NCBI GenBank assembly: GCA_910592345.1
Contig: CAJVPI010000091.1
Location: 1 to 56,048, forward strand
Direction of reading: 5' to 3'
DNA length: 56,048 bases
Source: Paraglomus brasilianum
Lineage: Eukaryota
Shown here in pieces: positions 1 to 14,087 of this stretch. Under the pieces are notes generated by a model. It ran no database searches, was not told the origin of the DNA, and worked only from the letters and a program-made list of their open reading frames with translations. Position 1 is the stretch's first letter, and each line of letters opens with the position of its first letter. The position numbers and the translations under genes were made by a program.

Positions 1-625
1 AGTTAAATGTCTAGGGTACAGTTAGTGACCTTGTCAATGTCAAGGCTTTTCACTTACGGACTATTTCACCGTAGAATAACGTTAATCCTAGATAAGTAAT
101 CGCTCTCGAGTGTATTGTGGGATTAATCCGATAATCTACCGTTTGGGGTACAATGGTGTATAATGCATCTACATAACAATTAATTTATCGTAAGTTGCCA
201 CTCGAATAATCGCGGGACAAGAGGCGATTATTCTTCATCGATATTAATATAGGGATTAACGGTTTCTCAGCTATACCGATAAGTTACCAGGGAATGAATC
301 ATTAACAATGTATTTCAGAGTATAAAGGACTCATTTATTTACAATAAAGGAATCGAGAGTAATTAGTCATGCTAAACATGCCCTTATTGACTTTCCTCTA
401 TCTAATTGAAATCTACGCTACTTATATATCTTTCGAGCGGAATTGATATATTTTTAGCAGCCAATTCTACTATTCTATCGATAGTCTATTGGTATAGATT
501 TGAATAAACAGAAGCGTTCTGTCACTGTCCTTTCACTGTCCTGACACTGTCCTGACACTGTCCGTATCACTAGTGCTGTAACACTACGCAGCAATAAATT
601 TAGACAGTTACATTGGCTTGTAACA
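1..625 (-). repeat. LTR-like interspersed repeat, copy 1 (runs off the window start)
   Basis: Shares ordered blocks with 55167-55600 (TTAGTGACCTT, CTCGAGTG, GGGATTAATC, TTGGGGTACAATGGT, GAATAATCNCGGGACAAG, GCGATTATTCTT, GCTATACCGA, TATATCTTTCGA). Read on the minus strand it begins TGTTACA at 625, then has short tandem GACAGTGTCAG units, a TATATAA box (~422-428) and an AATAAA (~334-339). Confidence 0.55.
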
Positions 626-2500
626 CTTCCGCACTTTATTTGACTACGTGTATTTGACGCAGCTCTAACTACGCTTTAGCCTCTCTTAAGGTTATTGTTC
701 GCTGAGGTATATTACTTAACTCGAAAAACCCTGCTGCTTCTACTGAGTTGAATTCGTGGGCGATGTTTAGAATCCCAGAGGTTTTGTTTGTCCGATCATC
801 TTAAAGGAAGTAAATACTTGATCTAATCGATACGTTAAACTTATCGAGAATCACTATTTACCACTTACCTTAGAAAGGAGTTGATCTCGTATTTTCTTTT
901 CGAGCTTTTTAATCATATAGAGTATGGTTGGTCGAACGATTAATTTATGATCAATAATACGACTAACGATTTCTGTATTTATGGCTTTCTGTGAAGACGC
1001 AATTTAAAATTTCTGGGTTTAATATATACGTAGGACAATATTCAGTTATCTTGAGAATAGACATTAATCTAGGAAAGTGTACGTTTACCTCATCTTACCA
1101 ATAAATTTTAGAGATCTTGGACATATATGTAAATGCGATCCATGAGGTAACTTACATATATTTCATATAGTTAATTAAAATTTTAGAAAATAATAATAAA
1201 AAAGAAGCAGAATTAGTTCTAACATTTGATCTGTTTAAATTATTGTTCTGCTTTATTTAGTTGTGCTATTGCTTGATCATAAGTATCCTACCGATTGTGA
1301 CTACACACACAGATAAATAAATTTGAAATCTTTTTTTTATTTAAAGTACGTAACCAACTGAACTATTTAATATACTGTATGTGTCGGCCGTTCGCATCTA
1401 TAAGTGCGATACACGACGTTTCATATTTGTCTCTCAATCTTGCTGGTAACTCAGGAGAGAAACGGTTCCATTCTTTGCAAGTTCTCCCTTCAGCACTTAT
1501 TTTTCTTCTTCTATATATTAATTTGCCACACTCTTCAATAGGGGTTTGATCCGGAGACTAAGGACGTACCTTTGACATTGCAATTTTCGAGCAGTGCTTG
1601 GGATTGTTATTTTCTTGCAAAATCCAGTTTATGTTACCCTCGCCAAAAAGCTCAGAGGTGAAAGCCAGAGGTTCTCCTCATAGTTATTACACATATAATT
1701 AGCATTAGGTTTCTCTGAAAGCATATCAGCTTGCGAAAAAAATGCCTCAAACACGGCCTTTCTTTGGTACGTAAATCTTAGTTTTCGCGGTATTTGTTCA
1801 CCCAATAAATAATATAAACAACTATAGTTACTACAACGAAACATGCTTAGTTATTTTCCAAATCCCACTTTGGTCCAGCTGGATGTTTACAAGGAAAAAC
1901 TTTATTTTTTGAGGTAAAATTTGACAATTCATCTGACCCTGGTTTATAACCCTGCAAAAATGTGTATGCTCAGGCATTCTTCTTTCTGCCAAATCTAAGG
2001 GTCATTATTATGTACGTTTAGATATTATTAGAGAGTAGGATGCTTTTACACGCTACCGCAAGAAGTAACAATTACTTCGGCATAATGCTTTTTTTATAAA
2101 TTAGCCCCGCTCGATTTTGCGACGGAGTATTCGATCGACAGAAATCTCAAGCAATTTATCCTATCTTGATTTAGTATAATATTTTCCTGGGCTGATCGCA
2201 TCGTGCGCATCAAACAGTCAAGGAATTACGCGAGTTTATTAATCTAAAATATCACGAAAGTTAAATTCCGAGGTCATCATATTTTTCTCGTCCGTAATAG
2301 CGACACGAAAGCCCAAAATTATCCCACTTACAATGTGGTTATACCAAAATTGTTATAACGAGAATTCGACGCAAAACAATATTTTATTCAGATTTCAAAA
2401 TAAACAACGATGAAAGCATATAGAATGAAATCGTATAATAAAAACCCTCGTTAGTATCAGTATGTTGTAACACAAATCCTTCCGTCAAGGTATCTACATA

Positions 2501-3076
2501 CACTACCTGGACAAAAATATCAGACATCTTGATTAATTACTCGAGATTGACATAATGACCAAAGCAAAAATTTCAAAAATTAATTCAAGTTTTTGTGAAT
2601 CTATTTATATTATAGATAGTTAATATCTTGTTGGCCAGCCATTATCTGATATGCATTGCTTTGATTCTTCGACACATACATTCAATTAGACTTATTAAAA
2701 CAGTATTAGAAATTTTATGTCATTCTTCTTGTAATACAATCCCTAGTTTTTGTTGTTGTTTTTTTTTAGACCTTTTGCTAAAGGAAACTGGTTTCTAATA
2801 CGTCTATTTAGGTGCAAAAGTCGTAAAAGTACCGAAAACGCGAAAGTTAGAATAAAATTAATTGTACCATATTTTAAAAGGTTTTTGTAACCGCCAATAA
2901 TTTGACCACGTTTCTCTTTAGTTAATTCAGACATTTTAAGTCAAAGGTTTAAAATTACAAAAAAAAAAAGCTGCAGACAATGCGAGCGTTTTTCGATAAC
3001 CAGAGCGTAACATATGCGTTATTCATTATGTATAATTAATAAAGTTAGAAAGTCCGAAACTTTTGTCCCGGTAGTT
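2501..3076 (-). mobile_element. Internally deleted Tc1/mariner DNA transposon
   Basis: Imperfect TIRs (CACTACCTGGACAAAAATATCAGAC versus reverse complement AACTACCGGGACAAAAGTTTCGGAC), with TA on both sides. The minus strand gives a Tc1-like N-terminus MSELTKEKRGQIIGGYK (2934) and a decayed C-terminus VLQEE*HKIS..LISLIECMCRRIKA/CISDNGWPTRY*. Confidence 0.8.
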
Positions 3077-6000
3077 TATAAAGACAAATGAGTAAAAGCA
3101 ATTTACAATTAATATATCTACATATGCCGTTGTAATGACAAGGGATAAAATAGCTCCGCAACATTATGTGATCAGATGATCAATAATGAAAGGTAGTTTA
3201 AATGATAAATACTGGGTTCGGAATTACAGAGAATTAGCTAAATTTTAAACTATACAAAATCCCATCAGTAGGAGTCCCCCCTTGTAGTCTCTGAAGTTGC
3301 CTGATAATATTAATATTTCCTGAAACAAAATCTAACAAGATATCTTTCTTATAAATTATTATGTGATGAAGATTGTTAGTGTCTTTCACAAGGACAAAAA
3401 AATATTTTAATTACCGTTGAGTTTGAATTGGTCTGTTACTCCTGTATTAGTATTGCAAGCTGCAGCTTAATATGCCAGTAATGCTATAATGTGAGGGAGA
3501 ACACAAGAAAAATCAGGTAAGATATTTATATCTTGGAGAATGATGAGTGAGGAAAGATTTTGACATATTTGTCGGAGGGCAGCAGATTGGAGGAGATACT
3601 GACTTGAGGTTTGTATGGAGACTAATGTAAATAATAAATGAGAGAATGAGAGAATTGATGTTATAAGTAGCCATCCAAATTGCTTGAGCAGTACGTTACT
3701 AGTTGATATTGATAGGCAGCAAACCAACTGACTGGGAGAAGATTCTTTCTGGGAGAGATAATAGCTGTGAGCGGAGAGGAGGTACAAACATATTTGCTAT
3801 TACCAACTTGATCAATGTTTTGTTGTGAGAAATCATGAGTAGAGCATCTCTTTTATGACAACCTATATTTCATGACTGTTAACTTAGATACTTACACACC
3901 GTCGTATAATTACAGTTGACTTGCGCTCATATGAGTATTTCTAACAAGTATTTCCCTAATACTAGTCTTTGATATTTCGTAATTTGATCATACCTCATAT
4001 GGACCCACACTGACGTTGGTCTATGTATAAATTGGATACTCGCTGGTGCCTTTGCACTTGTTTAGCAGATAATAATAGTAATCATTTTGCTCCTGTTAAT
4101 GTAGCTTGTTGAATATTGCCATAATTTTGGACTTTAATCGACAATCCTATTACACAAAGATAAAAGAGGCCAATAGATTGTGCAATACATTTATGCAAAA
4201 AAAAAGAAAAGATAACGAATGAATGAACGTTATCTTAATTATTGAACCAAATCAACTTGACGACATGACATCTTGAATGACTGCAAAGTGTACTGGTGGT
4301 CTAAACGCATAATAATAAACAAAGAATCTATGTCAGAAAAAAATCACATAATCCATGACCAGACGAATCTCTTTCTTGTTTTCGAAAAAAATTATTTACC
4401 CGAAATTACTCGATAGACTCGACTGCCGTTAATAGAATCTTCTAACCTGTTTGGGAAAACGGATTTATCATCTGTATAGTAATAGCGAGCACAATCGATT
4501 GCTTTAATAAAAAGAGTTGACAATTTGTTAATGCTGTTGGTCAACTGGTAAAGAAGAATGATACCAGCTCGGGAGAGGTAAAAAAGTCTACAAGCTGACT
4601 TAACGATAGCAAAAGTATTCACTTTCTCTATGAGGATCTCGTTACCATTCCGCCTGCAAAGATCTTTGTTATAGAAGTAAAGCTTTACTGTTTCTAAATA
4701 ACGTAACATTGGTTGTCTGGCGGTGAAAATGCCGAACAAAAACAAAAAACCAACGCAGCATGAAGCTCGTTGTCATTCTAATATATATACTGTAGACGAA
4801 GAGGTCGTTGTCCTACATTTGACCTATCCCTTGTTACGATAGAAACAAGGCCCTGATGAAAACATGCGCCTTATACAAAACAAGGTCAAACACAAGACAG
4901 AATCATTGAAATAATCAAATTACAAAGCACGATTGACGTTAATTTGTACAGTCGATATCGAAAAGATATGAATTAAAGATTACAAGACGATGTGTTTGAA
5001 CTGATTGTGGTTGGATAGAATGCTTTTACAATAAAGCAAGCGAGCAGGCAAGCAGACAAAGCACGTTCCAAGTGAACTTGGAATGCGAGGCTTGTGTAAA
5101 AGAACTCGATATACCCGATAAGAAAACTGTTCGAGAAAAGCAAAAAGACAATGGAAAGGAAACGACTGAGCTGTTTGTAGTACAATGAGTCATTTAATCG
5201 GTGCATTGAAGTTTAAGGGGTTTGCCTTTGATCTAAAATTCGTTCCGAACACAGACACAAAAAGCAACACAATCAAAAATTTAACTTTTGGTTAAGTCAG
5301 CTCTATTCAGTCGATGATTGGTAGTTTGCGTTTTAAATTTACCTAAATCGTCGATATTATAGCTTTGTATCATCATGTGTTATATCCCGACGCATGTTTA
5401 GTTTAGAAAGTATACCGTGGATGTTAGAAACACAAGTACAACGTAGCAAAACGCTATTGTTATATTCGCAAAAAGCAAGTCTGATTAGGCGTATCAAATC
5501 TTTTTATCGTCGAGACGCAGGCTGAATTGCTATTTTTATTTTGAAAGGGGTTTTTATTAAACCGATCTAATCATTTGCGTATTTGTTTTTTTTATGGAAT
5601 GACAATTGTTGGGCATGTTATTATTAGTATTTATTATTATTATATAGATTGCATGATATGCGCCGAATATAAATGTTGTACATCAAATAATAGCTACCCG
5701 TTTGCCAAGTATACAGTTCCAAGTTGTCTTCCATGTGCATTATCTTTTACAACAATCGAACGTCGATGACAAATAATTTTTTTTTGTATCTGCTATGCGC
5801 TGCATTGCTTGGTAAGACAGATCAGCCACTAAAGACTAAAAATGTCATAATAGTCGATTGTTTGCCACAAAGTCAAAATATTCCTTCCCCCACCTCATCT
5901 CATGTGGAGTAATGCCGCAACAAAACCAGATAGATGATTGTTGGTGCAACATCCAATGATTTCCATAAAAGTAACCACAAACGATATGATGTGATGGCTA

Positions 6001-8556
6001 AAAGTCATATAAATAGCTTAACTTGTTGTTGAATGGGTTGATTTTCGCTGGTCCAAGTGTTCTATACTTTACACTCTGCATTGAATAATATACAAATGTG
6101 GCGAACAATAAATAGTTGGTAATTGAATGAACATTCTCATCTTTCATCAAACTTTTTAGGTGATTACAATAACGATCTCTCCTATCTACATAGCAAATGG
6201 GAGCATTCCCATTAAAATTACTTACACAAAACTAATTTACATCAACTCTATTTTATGTGACCACAGAAATATTTACGGTGCATGTAAGAGGACGCATGGT
6301 ATGCAAACTGATACAATACTATTAGATATTATTTAGATAAGAAAGAATTACTTATGAAATTTGATCAAGATAAAAGACTAGAGGATTAACGATAATTTGT
6401 TGAGTGTGGATGTCAGTTTATGCTATGGTTTAGTTTCATAACAGTATGTTTGTTTTATATAACGTCTGTACATTACATGCTAGTAAGTTTCTAATGTGAA
6501 ATTACAATCATAAACGTCACAGAAAGTCTATTCATAAACAAAAGAAATTTAAATGTAAGTTTACTATTCCTAAAGACAGTCAATGAAGCATTTACGAAAC
6601 GACCATGTGGGATTTCAGTGGTACATGCAGAATGACTCGCCTACAGAGATCAACATATTAATTAAACGATTGCAATCAGGTCGCATTCAATAATAGGGGA
6701 GAAATAGAGACAACGTTTGTAGTGAAACAGCGAACAAAGACAAGTCTCAAATCGACATTTTACATGGTTGATGTATTTGCTTTGTTATAGGAAATGTTAA
6801 CGTCTAAGGTGCAAATTGGCAAGAGTTGTGATAAACTCGCGGGTTTCATCAGGACGCCGGCTAAGCATCTATTATGGTTTGGTTGAATCGTCATCCCCTT
6901 TTCCGAAATTTGGGGATGGTTTCTTGATCCACTTAAAAAAGATCGAGTTACGCCATGTTTGTGCGATCCTGTCAAAATACTACTAATCCAGGGCCGAAAA
7001 ACCATCGACTCCTTTATCGCTTGGTATTAGTACAGTGACGAAAGAAAATGGGTTTCCTCGTTCTTAATATCACCTTCGATTTGTGGCTCTAGCCCCCCCC
7101 TGAATCACCTATCCTATAGCTGGCGATTGGATGTTGATCATGTGATTATATTAATCGTTATCATCGATATCAATACTCTATTACTATGACGTTCATAACT
7201 TAGTTTTTGATTAGCAAGGTCACTTGAATTTCATTTGTCAACTCATCATATCTCTGCTTAATTCCTATCTCGTATAGTATTCCCATCCCATCCGTCGGCT
7301 TACCAAGAATATTACGTAACCGGACAATCATGGTGATTTGCTCCATCGGAATCACCATGACACATACGGTTGATCGATTGTCGATTAGTGATTGTGCTTA
7401 AAGAATTATAGATTCGAAACAGATATTTTGTTTGTTAGTTTTGTGTCCAAAAATTTAGGTGATATTAACGTACTACTATGATGAGACAGTAAGGGACAGT
7501 GGACGATTGATGATGTGAAGAATGGGGGGGGGTAAAAAGGGGAGTGAGGTGGGAAGGGAGATAAGGAGTAGAGGGGGAGGGAGAGGGAGGGAGAGAAAGA
7601 GAGAGAGAGAGAGAAAGGGAAGCGATGTCCTGCGCTTAATCAATGTGGGGTTAAAAAGAAGAGCTTTGCGATGTTTCCATTGGATGTGCATTAATGGTTA
7701 ATTACTAAGAATGTAGCATAATGAATGCATAAACGCATAGAAAGACAAAGAGAATGTCTAAATTTAGGGCATATAAGTATTTCATGTATAATGATTAAAT
7801 GACCTTAATACGATAAAAAAGGTATTACGTTGTGTTATACGAAAGCAATAATTGTTAACAATGGATGAATGTTGGCTTGGACAGTGTAGGGTTATATCTG
7901 CATGTATATTTATACTTGTTGTATTTATATTGATGATTAATGTAAACTGTATATAAAGTTATATATATATTATTACGTCACACTACCCCACCTCGCACAG
8001 ATGTGTAGTGGGGGTTATCTTTAAGATTTTAATGTAATCGGCATATTTACTAAACAAGTAATTTTTTTTTTTCACCGACTCCCCACAATGAAAATTATTT
8101 AATGTCTGCATATAATGTATCAGATAGACAAAGTTCAGTGTAGCACAAAAAAGTCCAGTGGGAATAAATAGACCGGGTAGGGTAGAAGACCCCACTAGAA
8201 TATCGGCTTTTTCTGTCATCTGATTATAATTTTGATTTTGTTTATTGAGATATAACAGCAGCTGATTTCTATACAAACATATTAAACACATATCATATCT
8301 ATATATATATTCATTAAATATTATATCAACTTCAACAGCATCAACATAACATTTATAATATTATCGGCATCTTCAAATCATTAATTCATTCGCATTTTTT
8401 TTGCACGTAAAATTTATCATAGCATCCCATTACACATCATACATATCCGTCAGATTTTTAATCAAAAGACATTTCTCTCGACCACCACATTCCCCAATTA
8501 TTAATATATTAAACCGTATAAATACAGTATATACCATCATCAATCACCATATCTAA

Positions 8557-10192
8557 ATGTATAATTATAAACCCTGTTTATCGCCGATACGAGAACTCAT
8601 CGCAAAACCACACACAATTCCACATTTACATCCAGAATGCATTCACAACATCCTCATTCATCTTCAAGATGACCACCAATCTCTCTACAACTGTCTGCTC
8701 CTCAATCGCACATGGTGTCAATCCACCGTATCCATACTGTGGTCTGCTCCATTTTCGATAATCAAATCACACTCTTCCTCAACATCCACCTCACAATCCT
8801 ACTCCTTGATATCCACGTACATCAGGCTTCTTCCTCCGGCAGTGAAGAAACAGATTAGACGATGGATGAAGGTTACCGATATCGACAATAAAACCGCCTT
8901 TGAATATCAAAAACATCTGAGGCATTTGAATGTCGAGGAATATATCCATGTTTTCATAAGATGGGCTCTCGAATACATCGAGAACATGAAAACGATGAAC
9001 ACTGGGAAAAACGTGAGAACATATCGGAGACCCTACGACAAGCCGTGGCAGACAAACATGAAAAGAATAGAGTCAAACACAAGCTCTATTCCGAGCGTCA
9101 ATCAGTTCAAAGGACTATTACAAACATTATTTATCAATCTTATATATAGTAAGAATTTGCAATCATTCTCGCTGGACAACACCATGGACAACGATATCTG
9201 TGCTCAATTCATGCGACTATACGAGCCAATGTCAGCACTAAAACACACCCCTACCAGCACCACCACCATCGACACAACATCTGCATCTCATTTCAAACCA
9301 TACCTCCAAACAGTAAAATCCTTTCTCCTCGACATTTCCACGTATAAATCCCAACTCATTTCCCACTTTGCTATCAACTGCAATACCATGCGCTCGCTCC
9401 ACTTCAACTTTGCCACATATACCGGCCACACTTCCCAGCGTATTCGCGAAACTTCATCAACGATGGACCTAATATCGTCGGCGTCTAGCCTGATATCGGC
9501 TCAGACATCGCTGCGCAAACTATCTATTCGTGGTGGCATTCCTCGAACGATCGATATGCAAAACGCGATCAAGAAACAAGCACACGCATTACGCTCAATC
9601 GTCTTTGGAAGCGTCTTGTTTGAAAATTGGGGCGTATTGGATGAAGTTGCAGCGTGCGAAAAGTTGGAAAAGTTGACCTTGGAAAACTGCGGAGAGATCA
9701 AAGACGAGATTTTGCAGCCGATAGTCGAAAACCGATTCTGCAACCTAAGGAAACTGAAAATTGTCAAGTGTGCCATCAACAAGGACACGGTCGAGGCATT
9801 GTTGAAAAAGTCTGGAGGAACTATTCAAGCAATTGCTATCGATCATTCATTGTCGGGTGGGTGTGATTATCCGTACATTGAGCTATTTGCGACACATTGT
9901 AGTAATATAAGCAAGGCCGAGTTATCCGTCAGGCATGGAGACTGTGTACAGATTCTGAAACTCTGTCAATTGTGTCCATCGTTGAGTACTTTGAAAATTG
10001 TATTTCCTACGAGGTATTTCGACGGGAGAAGGACGAGACATACATCCGTAGTGAATACAAGCATAAACAATAATATGAATACGAATATGAATGGAAATAT
10101 TGATATGACTGCAACAAATAGAACTGCATTTGTCGTAAACACAACATCGACAACGGCGACGATGACAACAGCAACAACAGCAACAACAGCAG

Positions 10193-10224
<32 letters not shown>

Positions 10225-10230
10225 GCAGCA

Positions 10231-10262
<32 letters not shown>

Positions 10263-11010
10263 AACAACAGCATCAACAACATCAGCATCAACATCAACAT
10301 CAACAAACAACACTTATGCATCAACATCATCACCATTTTCATTTACATCAAACCCAACATCTCATATTTGCACGCCTTCGGGTTCTTCAATAGAGAAGGA
10401 CTTTTCGCTCTTCTTCAGCCATCTCTCTTCGATTCGACTTCCCTCACTCTGTACACTTCATATTAGTCATAGTCCACCATTCTCCGCTTCATCTCTCCGC
10501 GAATTCTTCAAGCGATCACTACCGCCGTTGAAAGAAATCGCACTCATTAATGTCAAAGAGTTCAACGATGAGCATTTATTAGTGATACTCGAGTGCTTTG
10601 GAGGTGTACGGAGAAGAGGGAGAAGAAAGGGAAAGACGATTGGAGGAGGAAGAGCAGGAAATCTGTCTGTAAGAACACACGAGAGCAAACCCAAGCATAC
10701 TCTTAAGAAACTTCGAATAAGCACATCAGATTGCATATTAGACAAATGGATCGATCGGGCAGAAGCCGTCATTGATGAATGTGATATCAAGGCGCAGAGA
10801 GCAATTCGAGTAGGAAGGGGTGAACTCGAAAAAGAAGTCAGACGAAACGAATATGCCCGCAAGATGTTTAGAATTAGACCGGAAAGGGAAATTAGCGATA
10901 TTGGGATTGGGATTGGTAGTGGTGGTGGTAGGAGCAGGGGTATCGATAACGGCTCGTATAACCGTTGTATTAGTAATAGAGAAAGGAGAGGAGGAGGAAC
11001 CAGGAGGTGA
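8557..11010 (+). CDS. F-box / RNI-like leucine-rich-repeat protein with a poly-Thr/Ala insertion
   Basis: 817-aa single ORF. N-terminal LHPECIHNILIHL..D..SLYNCLLLNRTWC...V.ILW..PF is the F-box-like motif common in Glomeromycotina, followed by LRR-like repeats (LRKLSI, LEKLTLENC, LRKLKIVKC, LKKLRI). Confidence 0.85.
10160..10330 (+). repeat. Coding ACA/GCA/TCA trinucleotide microsatellite (poly-Thr/Ala/Ser)
   Basis: Visible run of acagcaacaacagca... inside the F-box ORF. Confidence 0.9.
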
Positions 11011-11589
11011 TACTGAGGTTGGGTGGGTAGTGAATTGTCTGGGAGGGAATGCTATCTGGGAAGGACCATGTTGAAAAAGACAATATCGGTAGAGCATTAA
11101 TATAGGATGAACAGTTGTTGCTTGTATTGTTCTTCTTTCTTTTTTCCTTCTTTTTTTCCTTTTTTTAACCGATATTGCACATACTGTTTTGGGGGCGGGG
11201 TTATTGTATCAGAAAAAATTGGTTATTTCAAAAGAGATTTTCAATGTGATAATTTTTAATATCCTGATATACGAATTATATCACATATGGTAGAAATTTT
11301 CACTTTTTGAACATTCTTTTTTTTTTTTTTTGTAAATAGGTGGTAAATTTTAAAAATATGGGAAAAAAATTTAATAATTTCAAATTTGTAACAACAAATA
11401 AGTTTAAAAAAAAAAGAAAAGAAAAGGGAAAAAAACTCAACCAAAAGTGTACAAATATAATAAAAAAACGTAATTTATTTATTATTATTTTCCGTAATTT
11501 GGGAGGTAAAGTTGAACCATTTTTTTGTTTGATAAATAATAAATCCAATTTAATAATGGAAAAGTAGCTTAATTAATAATGTTAACGAT

Positions 11590-11630
11590 CACAGCGATAC
11601 ACAGCGATACACAGCGAAACACAGCGATAC
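11590..11630 (+). repeat. 10-bp tandem repeat (ACAGCGATAC) x4
   Basis: acagcgatac acagcgatac acagcgaaac acagcgatac. Confidence 0.9.
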
Positions 11631-12884
11631 AAGCTATACTTATCCCCATACACAACAACTCTGACGTTATTTCTTCGTCCCCGCCTCCTCATTTACAGTA
11701 ACCGCTGCCGGTTGACATCAACCCTTCCAACAATGGCTAAGTTATTTCCAAACAAGTCATGTACATTCTCGTCATCTCTCATCACACAAAGTAGGAATCA
11801 TGTTCATTAACTCCGATACAGAAAAAAAAAAAGACTAATCGTATGCATACGAATATCAAATGGGGAGTTGATCAACATTAAAAGATACGCTAATCCCAAC
11901 TACTTTAACTTATAGATGAGAATGTTTATTCTGTACTGCTTTAGATGCATTAGTATTGTCCAGATTATTACTATAAACGGTCAGAAAAGAAAAGATGAAC
12001 AAGAAGAAAAGAATACGGGATGCAGAGAAGGGTTTTAAGTTGTGACGATCCGATTATAGCGTAAGATTTTCTTTCTCTCTCTTTTTTTTTTTTCCTTTCC
12101 CTTTTTTTTTTTTTTTACTACTCCCCATGTGTGAATGGAAAAAGACTGTTTATTGGTTGGTTATTAACGGGGATTGACAGAGTAAACATAGAATGGGAGC
12201 AGAAAATGGATATGCAAATACAGCTGTAGGTTGTTAATTCGGAATAGGGTTTCTGTAGGTCTGTATGGTGTGTTGGATGTGTATGTATGTGTTGTGTGGG
12301 TGTATTATGTATGTGTGTTATGTGTTTATGTGTGTTATGTGTGGGTGGTGGGGAGTGGGGAGATTTCCACAGCGGATGCGGAGACGTAAAAAAAAAAAGC
12401 AATCATTAGTCACAGCCCAATGCGATCACGGGGAGGAAATGAAAAAATATCCGAAAAGTACGCAAAATATTAATATTAAACCAATTTACCATACCGTAGT
12501 TTTCTCTCTCACCAATCTGTACAAATGTTTGTTACACGCAATTTGACCTAATTATGATATCGCCGAATCGAATAAAAATCTATTGATGAATTAATCGGTA
12601 CGTTTAGTTTCAAACAAGAGAAAGACAGTGAGAGTAATTGCATTCCCTAGAAATCGAAATAAGGGTATCAAAGTATATCCGCCTCTTCCCTACGTTGGAC
12701 TTTATCTATCGTCCAATTCCCCCCCCTCATATCCGACTCTTTCCTCTTTCATTCTTCCGCTTTCTCCCTTTCTTCCTCACTCTCATTCTCATTTCTCACA
12801 CTCACTCACTCTCACTCTCACTCTCACTCTCTTTCTCTTTCTCCTTCTCTGCCCACTTGCTCCCCCACTTTTATATACCAAAAA

Positions 12885-14087
12885 ATGAAATCAATTACCT
12901 GTACATTGGCATTATTGGCCGTCACAGTACTTTCAACCTTTAATGTCAATGCTGGCCTTATCCCCACGTTTCCAGACGGGTCCACAATAGTACATCCTGG
13001 CGATGAGGTGAGGAAATTGTCGTTACGTATTTAATTATTAAGCTTGAGGGTAGAACGAATTAGATATATGTTGTATATTAGCAAGATCAATTATGAATGG
13101 CAAATGTTGGAAAACGAAGCGGGGAGAGAGAAGCTAACTTCATTAGACATACATGGACATACATAGAATCGTACATGAAACATTCTTCCGCACTAATCCA
13201 CAATAACCAATTAACAAATTCTTGTTTCTTATTTTATCCAAAAAAGATGACAATATTGTGGAAAGAGAGTGGTGCGGCCCCAGCTCTAGATAAGCTCGGA
13301 AACGTTGCTGTAAAATTCATGACTGGTGCCGACTTGAACCAGAAAGAGCTTAAAGTTATCGGTACGGTCGATGCCATAGTCGGACAATTGAAATGGGTTA
13401 TTCCCGTTGTTGCGCCAGCTGGAAAGAGTATGTAATCTCTTTTTTTTTCTATCAGAAGAAGCAATTACGTTGCCGTGTGAGATTATGTGACATGGATGTA
13501 TTAAATCATATGCAAACATCAAGCAATTCTCTAGCGAATACGTAAAGATTTTATCCACTATTGCCATCTCACATTAATTTCCTTTCTACACCGCTTTAGT
13601 CTATTTTATCCGCTTCGAAGCCGGACAAAATCAATACTTTACTACTCGCTTCATAATCACCGACGTCAATGGCCAATACCCACCGCCTCCTAACCCACCA
13701 CCACCTGTAGGTAAAAATCAGGGTGGTGATGGAACCATTGTCTCTGACGCTCCAAGTGCTGGTGGTGCGAATAATACAAATACAACCAGTCCAAATCCAA
13801 CACCAAACAACCCATACCCAAGTACAAACAGTCCAAGTCCGAATACAGACAAACCACCAGCCAACAATCCAACCACTAATACTCCAACCACCAACAGTCC
13901 AACCACCAACAATACCACTACGAACAACCCTACTAACAACAACTCTAATACTAGTGGCTCAAATACGACATCGACGAATAATGTATCCCTGTCGACGAGA
14001 ACTATAGCTAGTAAAGGTCTTAGCTTTGGTGCGGTAGTTGGAGGGATGGCTGTGGGTTTCTTGGCATTTGGGGGGAGTTTCATTTGA
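12885..14087 (+). CDS. Secreted, probably GPI-anchored cell-surface protein (Kre9/KNH-like Ig-fold N-terminus plus Asn/Thr/Pro-rich stalk); exons ~12885-13007, 13247-13427, 13600-14087
   Basis: Signal peptide MKSITCTLALLAVTVLSTFNVNA. GT..AG introns join in frame to give P..STIVHPGDE/MTILWKE..KFMTG..NQ..L..I...W.IP.V.P.GK/IYFIRF..YFTTRF, then PTTNNP repeats and a hydrophobic C-terminus (GAVVGGMAVGFLAFGGSFI*). Confidence 0.8.

Noticed and set aside
520..565. CRISPR-like interpretation of short tandem repeats (also 11590, 15660, 46454)
   Set aside because: No unique spacers, no cas genes, eukaryotic context.
3200..5206. Minus-strand ORF pieces with splice-like signals, possibly a decayed multi-exon gene
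   Set aside because: No family motif recognised and many stops; cannot be supported.
7476..7691. Low-complexity ORF here, and similar ORFs at 11256-12943
   Set aside because: They arise from GA/CT, TG and poly-A tracts in promoters and UTRs.
9238..11097. Several antisense or alternate-frame ORFs over the F-box gene, including poly-Leu and poly-Val/Ala ORFs
   Set aside because: Shadows of the coding strand and its trinucleotide repeat.
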